Below the pieces are notes generated by a model. The model searched no databases, was not told the DNA's origin, and saw nothing but the letters and a program-made list of their open reading frames with translations. Shown here one piece after another: positions 43,774-56,811 of a stretch of DNA of 64,000 bases (positions within the stretch are counted from its first letter, which is position 1; each line of letters opens with the position of its first letter). Where the stretch lies: contig CAXHJY010001347.1 of the NCBI GenBank assembly GCA_964016885.1, forward strand, positions 34,223 through 98,222, written 5' to 3'. A program made the translations under genes and the position numbers. The stretch comes from Eledone cirrhosa. Lineage: Eukaryota.

Positions 43774-44266
43774 GTATATATGTATATATATATATGTATA
43801 TATATATGTATATATGTATATGTATATATGTATATATATATATGTATATATATATGTATATATGTATATATATGTATATATATATGTATATATGTATATA
43901 TATATATATGTATATATATATGTATATATATATATATGTATATATATATGTATATATGTATATATATATATGTATATATATATGTATATATATATATATG
44001 TATATATATATGTATATATATATATGTATATATATATGTATATATGTATATATATATATGTATATATATATGTATATATGTATATATATATGTATATATG
44101 TATATATATATGTATATATATATGTATATATATATGTATATATATATGTATATATATATGTATATATATGTGTATATATATATATGTATATAAATATATA
44201 TATACTGGAAAGACCGACGAAAACATTGTTTCCTCAGTCCGATTTGACGAAAGTCGATCGATCCTT

Positions 44267-44301
<35 letters not shown>

Positions 44302-44535
44302 ATATGTATATATATATATGTATGTATATATGTATATATATATGTATGTATGTATATATATATATGTATGTATATATGTATATATATATATGTATGTATA
44401 TATGTATATATATATATATATGTATGTATATATGTATATATATATATATATGTATGTATATATATATATATGTATGTATATATGTATATATATATATATA
44501 TCTATGTATATATGTATATATATATATATATATTT
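42148..44535. repeat. (TA)n/TG-interrupted microsatellite, ~2.4 kb
   Basis: Direct reading; a ~62-bp island lies at 44204-44266. Confidence 0.95.
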
Positions 44536-45145
44536 ATGTCGGGTCACCAGTTGGTGCTACTGGTTACATGTATCCCAGTACAACCTGTCTCATGGTCGGG
44601 TCGTTGGCAACTAAACTGGCAACCCCGCCAAGGTCTCTTGGTGAGGAGGGTGACTTTGGACATCCTGCAGGACTAAAAACAAAACCTATCAAAGGGCAAA
44701 GAGCTCTTAAGAGTCAATGGCCATCCAAAATCACCGGGAGAGATGACCCCTTAGCCTTTGTCAAGGCAGAATTCTAGGAGAAGGAAAACTCTGATATAAC
44801 ACCTGCAACTCTGATGGTATCCAATGATGTTGACTTGTTTTTCTTTTTGGTAAATATCATCTTGGTCAAGAGAGTGGGACTGGCTTTGTGCAGTGCCTTT
44901 GCTCACTATAAAAGCTTCACGGCACAGGCATTGCTTTATAGCTGGAGATCTCTCTGCACTTGTTGTAACGTGGTGCCATTGGCCCAGCGCTATGTGTCAA
45001 TAGTTGTCACAGGTGTTGTGTTTATACCAGAGTTTCCAAGTCGCTGGCTTTACTAAAAAGTCACACTCGTTCAGCGCATCGGTAGGGGTTCTCCTACATG
45101 GATATAGGGTGGTGGCCGTACTCGAAAACGAGTTGGCAGCCACCA
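44536..45145 (+). mobile_element. Family D RTE-derived element, full length
   Basis: Homologous to 386-999. Confidence 0.8.
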
Positions 45146-45161
45146 TATATGTATGTATGAT

Positions 45162-45552
45162 GAGAGATGACCCCTTAGCCTTTGTCAAGGCAGAATTCTA
45201 GGAGAAAGAAAACTCTGATATAGCACCTGCAACCCTGATGGTATCCAATGATGTTGACTTGTTCTTTTTGGTAAGTATCATCTTGGTTAAGAGAGTGGGA
45301 CTGGCTTTGTGCAGTGCCTCTGCTCACTATAAAAGCATTGCTTTATATCTGGAGATCTCTCTGCACTTGTCGTCACGTGGTGCCATGGGCCCAGCACTAT
45401 GTGTCAATAATTGTCACAAGTGTAGTGTTTGTACCAGAGTTTTCAAGTCCCTGGCTGGACTAAAAAGTCACACTCGTTCAGCGCATCGGTAGGGGTTCTC
45501 CTACATGGATATAAAGTAGTGGCCGTACTCGAAAACGAGTTGGCAGCCACCA
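45162..45552 (+). mobile_element. Family D, 5'-truncated copy in the tail of the previous one
   Basis: Starts at gagagatgacccc; ends [23 protein letters not shown] plus the stem-loop. Confidence 0.8.
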
Positions 45553-45742
45553 TATATATATATATGTATGTATATATGTATATATATATATATATGTATG
45601 TATATATGTACATATATATATATATATATATGTATGTATATATGTATATATATATATATATGTATGTATATATGTACATATATATATATATATATATGTA
45701 TGCATATATGTATATATATATATATATATGTATGTATATATG

Positions 45743-45774
<32 letters not shown>

Positions 45775-46140
45775 CGTCTATATATATATATATCTATGTA
45801 TCCACTACTATCGCCAACAAAAGTCAGGGAGTTGACTTATATATTTTATATTTATACATACACCTTTGTAAAACTACTTTCGCTCTTCCAACTCACCTGT
45901 CTTTATCACAAGCATATTTCTATGGCTTTTTCACTCATTCATGATTAGCAGTAATGGAGGATTAACTTAATAGATTACCTTGTTGTTAACTATCAAAAAA
46001 GCCTTCTGATTCATACTATTTCATTTTCACTTCACTGTTAACAACAACAACTAGTTACAAAGAACACATCACCCTAATCATTTTACTTTTTATTATCCTT
46101 TATATATATGTGACATTATATTAACTGTTATTGGTGGATT

Positions 46141-46330
46141 GGCGGTGGATTGGCAGTCTCGGTAGAGGGTCGGACGTCATGCTTTGAATCATGGAGTTAC
46201 CTCCCTGTATGATCTGAGTTCAAATCCCGCCGAGGTTATCTTTGCCTTTCATCCTTACGAGGTCGATAACATAAAGTACCAGTAATGTACTGAGTAATTG
46301 CTGGCCTTGTGCCAAAAGTAGAAACAGTTA
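46141..46330 (+). mobile_element. SINE S1 with ~17-bp target site duplication
   Basis: ttatattaactgttatt on both sides. Confidence 0.88.
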
Positions 46331-46429
46331 TATTAACTGTTATTTAGGTAACACTCTTTACATATTTGTCACATCCATTTGTATCTTTTAGTTACAAACA
46401 ACAATGGTGTCCATGAAACTATATATATA

Positions 46430-46690
46430 TACAGCAGGTCCGAACATAAAGGAACCAAACTCCCAACTGCCTTCATCTCTCCTGCTCTCCCCCATCTGTC
46501 AGCATTCTGGGCAATTCTGGGCTCATGTGCTGGCCGCCCCGTGACCCCGGCGGCCAGAATAGAGAAGGTGTATCCCCGGAAGATGGTGAGGGAGGCACGC
46601 TGGAAGATATATTCCAGTTCCCGAGACTCAGAGCTGTGGGTAAGCACCAATGGTCATGAGTTCCACTCTTGGTGGGGTGTCTTTGATTAA
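46430..46690 (-). mobile_element. 3' end of a CRE-like (restriction-like endonuclease) non-LTR retrotransposon
   Basis: ESRELEYIFQRASLTIFRGYTFSIL; ends in (TA)n. Confidence 0.65.
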
Positions 46691-47799
46691 GACACTCTGT
46701 GTCACGTGGTTTCTTTCGAATCACCTAGTTAACAAAAAAGAGTTATATCCGCGAATGAAAGGGATATCCTTAACACGGGCATGGCCGGATTCAATAGGGG
46801 GCAATGGCGGAAATTTCCCCGGGTCCCCTGCAGTGGGGAGACCCACTAGCGACAGCCGTAGCAATCCATTTGTGTGCTCAGCTTTGCTTTTTAATATTAG
46901 TATGGTTAGAATGTTTTTAATTTAATACTTTTATGTATATCTTTTCAATTCCAATTACTTGCGGCAAGCTAACTTTGATATGTAAAATTGAGGGGTTTGC
47001 TGTTTATGACCCCAAGAAAGCGCCCCCCCCCCCAGGTGTAAGTTCAAACCTCGTTACAGGTTGTTTCACGCTGAATCTCATTACCCAGTCACTTGCATAT
47101 TAATTTCGTGATGTAGTCGATCTGTTGATCGACCAACTGTAACACCTATCGCCAGAGTCGATGTAAGTACAATACATTTAGCATTCAGTATATTTACGAT
47201 GCGGTACCAACTTCATCTCGACCCTGGTCCAAAGTGTTAATTGTAAAATATAGAACTAATTATGGAAGCAATACATATATTAGCAGCACAGTGCAAAGAT
47301 AAATACAGAGATAAAATTGGAACAGTGTCGACGCCGGCGTCACACTAATTACAGAAGCCTCCGTCCTCCCCGCCTTCCTGGTAAATATAAATCTTCTGTC
47401 AGAGTTTGATCGGTGTATTCTAAATATAGTCATTATTTTCCCTCCTTGTGCTAATTTATTTAGCGACCAATTAAGAATATTATAAAACTATAATTTATTA
47501 CTGCGGCGACGATCTTTGATGCCTATTGCGTTACAGTTTGACTTTAGCTCTGTCTATAGTATTCTAATATTCCTTCTTATCTGTTTATTTTCTGACTAGT
47601 TCATTAACTCGAACCATTTGTAAGTCAGCAGTGAATGTAATTCTCTTATCTCTCTTTCCTTATCCAATATGACACCAACCTTCTTAATTCTTCTAAACTT
47701 GTATTGGCGAAATATGATATCAGCGTTTGTAATTCTTCAATCTTACATTGGTGAATTTTTATAATTCAAATTTCATATCTGTTTCTCTAGTGATTCCTT

Positions 47800-48125
47800 A
47801 CAATGTCTGCCATAGTATTTTTGCTAGCTTGTCAATTGACATTTGCAGTGTGTTACTCGAAGCCAGGAAATGAGAGGTTAAGGTCTGACTTCACTCGTGC
47901 TGAAATGATACTCATGAAAATCTTGTAATCGTGACTCAATAGTCTGATAGGACGATAGTGCCCCAATCAAGTCTCCTACCTTTTTTGTAGAGCACAACTA
48001 TCAATGCTTTCCTGAACATGTCTGGGATTTTTCCTGTAGTTAAAAAGATTAAATACTTTGATGATTGGTTCACCTCCAGCTTTGATGAATTCTGAGTACC
48101 TGTTGTCCAGTCCAGGGCTTTTCCC
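47800..48125 (-). pseudogene. RTE-clade LINE reverse transcriptase N-terminal fragment
   Basis: KIPDMFRKALIVVLYKKG / YRPIRLLSHDYKIFMSIISARVK. Confidence 0.75.
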
Positions 48126-48569
48126 AGCCTTATGACTGGCAAGCGACTCAGCGACCGTATCTGTATCAGTGAGCTGCTCAACGTTACCAGATTAGACTAG
48201 TTACATCAATTGTTAAGTTAAGCGTACTCAAACTCTACGGTCATATAAAAAGGTCAACTCGTGCTGTGAGTAGGTTATGCCTGGAAGGAAGGTTGGCTGG
48301 TAAGAGAAGCAGAGGCTGGCAGCTAAAACAATGGCTTGATAATGTCAACTTATGGACTGGACTTGATCTTTGGTCTTTAAACTCTGCTGTTGGTGATCGA
48401 ACCTTGTGGAGAAAAATATCTCATGTTGATTAGCAGTCTTCATCTGGCGGAGTTTAGCGTCAAAGCAGTACCCAAAGCCAGACATGTAGAAAAAGACGGT
48501 CCTGTGTTCTCCCATAGCAGTTGTAACCCGCGGCAGTTTGTTTCCGCCACAAATTGATTGAATTTTAGA

Positions 48570-48909
48570 GCAAAGGTACTCAAAGTGAGGGCTGCAGCCA
48601 CGATTGGAGGGGGGGGGGGTCATTCAGAAGTTCCAGGGGACGCTGGGATCTATGGGGGCGGTAGCGATATAGTAGTATATTAAATATCAAATGATACATA
48701 TTATATACAAATATAGTAAAATAAAAAATATATAATATTTATTTATACATAGTATGTATATATATTACATCATTTGTTATATATAACGACTTTATTATAT
48801 ATTATTTACAATTTGCGTGTAGGCAGGCCTCTCTTGAAATAGGGTTGGGGTCGTTAAGGGTATTATGTGGCTGTGAGGGGGAGGGGATCCAACAGGTTTA
48901 AAAACCTGT
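48570..48909. mobile_element. Possible decayed hAT-type MITE
   Basis: Ends caaaggtactcaaagt / aggtttaaaaacctgtg resemble CAGNGGTTCTCAA terminal repeats. Confidence 0.35.
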
Positions 48910-49067
48910 GATTTATTCTACTCAATGTGCTCGGAGTTCAAACCCCACCTACGTCATATTTACTTTCATCGTTCCGGAGACGAAGTAAAAGTCCCGGGAT
49001 TGATTGTCGGAATTAAGTCAGTATCTGATAATATAAGCAATAGAAGACATTTCCTGTTCCCATTAAA

Positions 49068-49575
49068 CCTCCTCGCGTACATACTGTCTTTCTTTCTTCT
49101 TCTTCTTTGCCTTCTTTGCCTTCTTCCTCTTTGCCTTCTTCTTCTTCTGTGCCTTCTTCTTCTTTGCCTTCTGTGCCTTCTTCTTCTTTGCATTCTTCTT
49201 CTTCTTCTTCTTCTTCTTCTTCTTCTTCTTCTTCTTCTTCTTCTTCTTCTTCTTCTTTGCCTTCTTTGCCTTCTTCCTCTTCTTCTTTGCCTTCTTCTTC
49301 TTCTGTGCCTTCTTCTTCTTTGCCTTCTGTGCCTTCTTCTTCTTTGCATTCTTCTTCTTCTTCTTCTTCTTCTTCTTCTTCTTCTTCTTCTTCTTCTTCT
49401 TCTTCTTCTTCTTTGCCTTCTTTGCCTTCTTCTTCTTCTTCTTTGCCTTCTTTGTCTTTGCCTTCTTTGCCTTCTTCTTCTTCTTCTTTGCCTTCTTCTT
49501 CTTCTTTGCCTTCTTCTTCTTCTTCTTTGCTTTCTTCTTCTTCTTCTTCTTCTTCTTCTTCTTCTTCTTCTTCTA
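49068..49575. repeat. (TTC)n with TGCC interruptions and internal higher-order duplication
   Basis: Direct reading. Confidence 0.95.
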
Positions 49576-49659
49576 TAGAGCATCGGACAACATGCTTTGT
49601 CTTTCATCTCACCCATGATTGTTGGCCTTGTACCTAAATCAGAACCCATTATTATACAC

Positions 49660-49845
49660 TGGAGATTGGCAGTATCGGTAGAGAGTCGGACGCCATGCTT
49701 TCCAGCATAGTTACCTCCCTTTACGGTCTGATTTCAAATCCCGCCGAGGTTCACTTTACCTTTCATCCTTACGGGGTCGATAAAATAAACTACCAGTAAT
49801 GTACTGGGTAATTGCTGGCCTTGTGTCAAAAGTAAAACAATTATT
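49660..49845 (+). mobile_element. SINE S1
   Basis: Matches S1; attatacac is duplicated. Confidence 0.88.
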
Positions 49846-50580
49846 ATACACGCTCGACATTGGATAATCCACAGATCATTTTGTTGGATGCTCTACCGAT
49901 TCGGCCAATCCAACGTGGATTGAACATATCGGTTGGACAAGAATCGTCACAATTAAGTACTCACTATTGCTGTGTTTGACGTGAGATGATTTCTTGACTT
50001 CAATCACGAATTCCTCAATGGAATTTTTCACTAATAGAACTTTTTTCAACACGCTAAAGCGAATATGTATATGTGTGTGCGTGTGTGTCTGTACATGTGT
50101 ATACATTTATATGTATGAGTATATACATATAAACGCGTACACACAGACACACTTACAAAATTACACACTCACAGACATACATGTTCACATACACATAGAT
50201 TCACGCAAACACACACATACATTCACACAAATACACACACATACACATACATTTACAAAAACACACACACACTCACATGCAGCGTAGCAAATGATACGTC
50301 AGCCGTTGTTTTGCTATAGGTTTTTCACCGTCCCCTTCCTTCCTTTACAAGCCCATACATTCACACAAGCACACACATATATACATATACATTGTCTGAC
50401 GGACGGAAGCTGCTCAAATTTATATATATAGAAGTGAATAAACTCCATGATGTGAACGACTTCATATACACGAAGAGGAAATGGCTGTGTCGTATGCCGT
50501 AGTGTCAGGATTTTCTCGGCCATTTTACGTCTTGCTCTCTAATATTTGCCTCACGTAAAATAAACGAATCGGATTAATAA

Positions 50581-50845
50581 TATTGTTATGCTTTGGGAGG
50601 GTCATATTGCCAATAAGAAACACATGCACCAGTTGAATCACTCCAATTTATTATAAATTAAATTTATAAATTTAAGAATTTATAAATTTCCGGTTGGTTG
50701 GTTGGTTCCATTACCGGACGGTTGTTCATATATTGTCAAAGTACTTTCGTCACACATTCTGTGACCTCTTCAGTGACTGGGGATTCTTTTCTTTGTTTTG
50801 TGCCTCTCCTTTGTTCTGTCCCACGCCATCTTGTTTGTGTGTGTT
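50581..50845 (-). mobile_element. Hammerhead element family E
   Basis: Homologous to 34697-34830, 62021-62155 and ~2430-2485. Confidence 0.75.
50735..50777 (-). ncRNA. Type I minimal hammerhead ribozyme
   Basis: GTCA-CTGAAGA-g-GTCACA-gaatg-TGTGAC-GAAA-GTAC-TT-TGAC: all stems paired, AGTACT palindrome. Confidence 0.85.
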
Positions 50846-50916
50846 CATATTAATAATATTGATAATTGTAAAGTGCTTCAATACTAACACAGTTCATTAA
50901 TTGAAATTAATTGAAA

Positions 50917-51012
50917 TTGACTTTGCCTTTCATCCTTACGGGGTCGATAAAATAAAGTACCAGTACTGCACTCTGGGTAATTGCTGGCCTTGTGCCTAAA
51001 GTAGAAACAATT
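50917..51012 (+). mobile_element. SINE S1, 5'-truncated
   Basis: S1 3' half. Confidence 0.85.
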
Positions 51013-51139
51013 AATTGAAATATATTGAGATTGTTATAGCTGACACATGTTCTAAACAAGCGCCACGTCAGCTAACATCACCGACCACCTCAAACTTTAG
51101 TCAACACATCTGTCTGTCTACCTATCTGTTGTCAACGTA

Positions 51140-52597
51140 TGTCTGTCTGACAGTCTCTGTGGCTGTCTGACCGTCTCTGTGACTGTCTGACCGTCTGTGT
51201 GGCTGTCTGACCGTCTATGTGACTGTCTGACCGTTTCTGTGGCTGTCTGACCGTCGCTGTGGCTGTCTGACCGTCGCTGTGGCTGTCTGACCGTCGCTGT
51301 GGCTGTCTGACCATCTCTGTGTGTCTGTATGATCGTCGCTGTGGCTGTCTGACCGTCGCTGTGGCTGTCTGACCGTCGTTGTGGCTGTCTGACCGTCTCT
51401 GTGGCTGTCTGACCGTCTCTGTGGCTGCCTGACCGTCTCAGTGACTGTCTGACTGTCTCAGTGACTGTCTGACCGTCTCAGTGACTGTCTGACCGTGTCT
51501 GTGACTGTATCAAAGTCTGTGTGGCTGTCTGACTGTCTCTGTGGCTGTCTGACCGTCGCTGTGGCTGTCTGACCGTCTCTGTGTGTCTGTATGACCGTCT
51601 AAGTGGGTGTCTGACCGTCGCTGTGACTGTCTGACTGTCTCTGTGACTGTCTGACCGTCTCTGTGGCTGTCTGACCGTCGCTGTGGCTGTCTGACCGTCG
51701 CTGTGGCTGTCTGACCGTTTCTGTCGCTGTCTGACCGTTTCTGTCGCTGTCTGACCGTCTCTGTGACTGTCTGACCGTCTCTGTGACTGTCTGACTGTTT
51801 ATGTGACTGTCTCTGTGACTGTCTGACTGTCTCTGTGACTGTCTGACCGTCTCTGTGACTGTCTGACTGTCTCTGTGACTGTATGACCATCTCTGTGACT
51901 GTCTGACTGTCTCTGTGGCTGTCTGACCGTCTCTGTGACTGTCTGACCGTCTCTGTGGCTGTCTGACCGTCTCTGTGGCTGTCTGGCCGTCGCTGTGACT
52001 GTCTGACCGTTGCTGTGACTGTCTGACCGTCTATGAGACTGTCTGACCGTCTCTGTGATTGTCTGACCGTCTCTGTGACTGTCTCACAGTCTATGAGACT
52101 GTCTGACCGTCTATGAGACTGTCTGACCGTCTCTGTGATTGTCTGACCGTCTCTGTGACTGTCTCACAGTCTATGAGACTGTCTGACCGTCTATGAGACT
52201 GTCTGACCGTCTCTGTGACTGTCTCACAGTCTGTGTGGCTGTTTGACTGTCTCTGCGGCTGTCTGACCGTCGCTGTCGCTGTCTGACCGTCTCTGTGTGT
52301 CTGTATGACCGTCTATGTGGGTATCTGACCGTCGCTGTGGCTGTCTTACCGTCTCTGTGATTCTCTGACCGTCTCTGTGACTGTCTGACCGTCGCTGTGA
52401 CTGTCTGACCGTCTCTGTGACTGTCTGACCGTTGCTGTGACTGTCTGACCGTCTCTGTAGCTGTCTGACCGTCTCTGTAGCTGTCTGACCGTCTCTGTAG
52501 CTGTCTGACCGTCTCTGTAACTGTCTGACCGTCTCTGTGACTGTCTGACCGTCTAAATGACTCTCTGACCGTCTCTGTGACTGTCTGACCGTCTGTC
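51140..52597. repeat. 20-bp minisatellite GTCTGACCGTCTCTGTG(A/G)CT, ~70 units
   Basis: Direct reading. Confidence 0.95.
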
Positions 52598-52679
52598 CAT
52601 CTATCTGTTATGAACGCTTGGCAGTTTGACTGTCTGTCCGCCATTCTTTTCGTTTTTATTTTCATTCATACCGGCACTG

Positions 52680-52912
52680 AAATGTCATCGGTCGTTCTCC
52701 GACAGGTTTGAGGTCGTGCCCTTGGCAGTTGAGACTTCTGGTGTCCTTGACCCTAGTCTTACCTCCCTACTCACCACCATAGGCGCTGAGCTGGCCAGCC
52801 GCAGGTGTGAGCCTCGCGAATTGGACTGGCTCTTCCATCGCATCTCTTTACCATGCTCCGGGGGAAACGCCTTCTCCATTCTGTCCGCCGGGGCTGTACG
52901 GAGGCCAGCACG
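52680..52912 (+). pseudogene. CRE-like non-LTR retrotransposon, C-terminal restriction-like endonuclease fragment
   Basis: RFEVVPLAVETSGVLDPS..IGAELASRRCEPRELDWLFHRISL / LRGNAFSIL matches the FxPxAVETxG...QRLS...RGNA pattern. Confidence 0.75.
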
Positions 52913-53278
52913 TGGGACCCCGTTTGCTCACCATACAGAGAGATGGGGAGGGCGAGAGTTGGAGGCGCTGGCGGTGGGAGTTCGGATCTCCCACATTCGG
53001 ACCATGGGACCCCGTTTGCTCACCATACAGAGAGATGGGGAGGGCGAGAGTTGGAGGCGCTGACGGTAGGAGTTCGGATCTCCCACATTCGGACCATGGG
53101 ACCCCGTTTGCTCACCATACAGAGAGATGGGGAGGGCGAGAGATGGAAGCGGTGACGGTAGAAGTTCGGCTCTCCCACATTCGGACCATGGGACCCCGTT
53201 TGCTCACCATACAGAGAGATGGGGAGGGCGAGAGATGGAGGCGCTGGCGGTACGAGCCGGCTGTCCCACATTCGGACC
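52913..53278 (+). repeat. 92-bp tandem repeat x4 from the CRE-like 3' end
   Basis: tgggaccccg at 52913, 53005, 53097 and 53189. Confidence 0.92.
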
Positions 53279-53384
53279 CTACCCTTGTGGTTGGGTTCAG
53301 CCCCAGTGCAGTAATGACATCACTGCCTTTTAATTGGAATTGTTAAACCAAAAACATTTTGTGTGTTTAATGTATTGACTGTTA

Positions 53385-53396
53385 TTGCTGCTGCTT

Positions 53397-53437
<41 letters not shown>

Positions 53438-53480
53438 GTTACTACTACTACTACTACTACTACTACTATTGCTGCTGCTT

Positions 53481-53521
<41 letters not shown>

Positions 53522-53564
53522 GTTACTACTACTACTACTACTACTACTACTATTGCTGCTGCTT

Positions 53565-53614
<50 letters not shown>

Positions 53615-53616
53615 GT

Positions 53617-53650
<34 letters not shown>

Positions 53651-53759
53651 GCTACTACTACTAATACTACTGCTACTGCTACTACTAATGCTACTACTAC
53701 TGCTACTACCACTAACACTACTACTGCTACTACTACTACTACTACTATTGCTGCTGCTT

Positions 53760-53813
<54 letters not shown>

Positions 53814-53856
53814 TTACTATTATTACTACTACTACTACTACTACTACTACCACTAA

Positions 53857-53915
<59 letters not shown>

Positions 53916-53955
53916 TTGCTGCTGCTTCTACTACTACTTCTGCTACTGCCACTAA

Positions 53956-53997
<42 letters not shown>

Positions 53998-53998
53998 G
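53385..53998. repeat. (CTA)n microsatellite
   Basis: Direct reading. Confidence 0.95.
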
Positions 53999-54243
53999 TA
54001 TGTCTCACTCTCTCTGTATGTATATATATGTGTGCGTGTCCGGGTTCAATCCGGAGTAACCACAGTAAGTAAGGTACTCAATACATTAGTAGAGTGTAAA
54101 CAACAAATTTAATATAGAAGTGGCTTCTACAGGACTAGTATGGTTTCATTCGAAATCATCTCTCTATCCCCCCCCCCCTCTCTCTCTCTTTCTCTCTCTC
54201 TCTTTCTCTCTCTATATCCCCCCCTCTCTCTCTCGCTGTCTCT

Positions 54244-54378
<135 letters not shown>

Positions 54379-54644
54379 ACACACATACACACACACACAC
54401 ACACACACGGCGTCCCCAAATTGTATACACACTTCAACAGCATTCTAATAAATATTGCCTGAACAGGTATTCAAGATGTGTATACATTTTTTGCGGACAC
54501 CCTGTACACATATATATAATGTATGCAGAGTTAGTGTTGTTGTAACATTAACCTAATTAGTTATTGGTTGTCTTGAAATTATTTCGGTACAGCTCATTTA
54601 TTAATGTTAAACAAGTGTAATTTTCAATTAACCAACCATCAAAT

Positions 54645-56383
54645 GTGATAGCTATAGTTATCTCATAGAGGTCTAATCACTGTTACTGTGGCAACCACTG
54701 TAGTCATGGTGATAGCTATAGTTGTCTCATAGAAGGGATAATCACTGTTACTGTGGCAACCACAGTAGTCATGGTGATAGCTATAGTTATCTCATAGAGG
54801 TCTAATCACTGTTACTGTGGCAACCACAGTAGTCATGGTGATAGCTATAGTTGTCTCATAGAGGTCTAATCACTGTTACTGTGGCAACCACTGTAGTCAT
54901 GGTGATAGCTATAGTTGTCTCATAGAAGGTGTAATCACTGTTACTGTGGCAACCACAGTAGTCATGGTGATAGCTATAGTTGTCTCATAGAGGTCTAATC
55001 ACTGTTACTGTGGCAACTACTGTAGTCATGGTGATAGCTATAGTTGTCTCATAGAAGGTGTAATCACTGTTACTGTGGCAACCACAGTAGTCATGGTGAT
55101 AGCTATAGTTGTCTCATAGAGGTCTAATCACTGTTACTGTGGCAACCACTGTAGTCATGGTGATAGCTATAGTTGTCTCATAGAGGTCTAATCACTGTTA
55201 CTGTGGCAACCACTGTAGTCATGGTGATAGCTATAGTTGTCTCATAGAGGTCTAATCACTGTTACTGTGGCAACCACTGTAGTCATGGTGATAGCTATAG
55301 TTGTCTCATAGAAAGTCTAATCACTGTTACTGTGGCAACCACCGTAGCCATGGTGATAGCTATAGTTGTCTCATAGAGGTCTAATCACTGTTGCTGTGGC
55401 AACCACTGTAGTCATGATGATAGCTATAGTTGTCTGATAGAGGTCTAATCACTGTTACTGTGGCAACCACTGTAGTCATGGTGATAGATATAGTTGTCTC
55501 ATAGAGGTCTAATCACTGTTACTGTGGCAACCACTGTAGTCATGGTGATAGCTATAGTTGTCTCATAGAGGTCAAATCACTGTTACTGCGGCAACCACTG
55601 TAGTCATGGTGATAGCTATAGTTGTCTCATAGAAGGGATAATCACTGTTACTGTGGCAACCACTGTAGTCATGGTGATAGCTATAGTTGTCTCATAGAAG
55701 GTCTAATCACTGTTACTGTGGCAACCACTGTAGTCATGGTTATAGCTATAGTTGTCTCATAGAAGGGATAATCACTGTTACTGTGGCAACCACCGTAGCC
55801 ATGGTGATAGTTATAGTTGTCTCATAGAAGGGATAATCACTGTTACTGTGGCAACCACAGTAGTCATGGTGATAGCTATAGTTGTCTCATAGAAGGTCTA
55901 ATCACTGTTACTGTGGCAACCACTGTAGTCATGGTTATAGCTATAGTTGTCTCATAGAAGGGATAATCACTGTTACTGTGGCAACCACTGTAGTCATGGT
56001 GATAGCTATAGTTGTCTCATAGAGGTCTAATCACTGTTACTGTGGCAACCACTGTAGTCATGGTTATAGCTATAGTTGTCTCATAGAAGGGATAATCACT
56101 GTTACTGTGGCAACCACTGTAGTCATGGTGATAGCTATAGTTGTCTCATAGAGGGTATAATCACTGTTACTGTGGCAACCACTGTAGTCAAGGTGATAGC
56201 TATAGTTATCTCATAGAAAGTCTAATCACTGTTACTGTGGCAACCACTGTAGTCATGGTGATAGCTATAGTTGTCTCATAGAAGGTCTAATCACTGTTAC
56301 TGTGGCAACCACAGTAGTCATGGTGATAGCTATAGTTGTCTCACAGAACGTCCAATCACTGTTACTGTAGCAACCACTGTAGT
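54645..56383. repeat. 64-65-bp minisatellite, ~27 units
   Basis: Unit gtgatagctatagttgtctcatagaggtctaatcactgttactgtggcaaccactgtagtcatg. Confidence 0.96.
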
Positions 56384-56394
56384 TTCAACATCGC

Positions 56395-56730
56395 AGATTG
56401 GTTAAAGATTTCGTATAGCAATCAGTCGTTATTGGGTTCGATCTTGCAGTGTGGTAGCCTGTCAATAATTAGGAATCAACTTCGATCTTGTAGCGTACTA
56501 TCATGGAAATAAATAGGTATCAGTTTTGATCTTGTAGTGTGGTAGCCTGTCAATCTATAAGTATCGAGTTCGATCTTGCAGCCCGGTATATATGGCAATT
56601 ATTAGGGATCAGCTTCGATCCTGCTATGTGTTAGCATGGCAATCAACGGTATTGGGTTCGATCCTGCGGCCTGGCTTCTTTGTCAAGTGTCATCTATCAT
56701 GTCCCCGGTTAGATTCACGCTGAAACATTT
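56395..56730 (+). mobile_element. Decayed tRNA-derived SINE with a six-fold tandem B-box segment (~46 bp)
   Basis: tggttaaag followed by repeated (g)ttcgatc(t/c)tg units, then tcaagtgtcatcta. Confidence 0.5.
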
Positions 56731-56811
56731 GAAACCAAAATACTTTCCTAACTAAAGTAGTATAGATTTATTTATTAGTGATCTTTGGGTGTGCGTCGTG
56801 AACCATATCCA

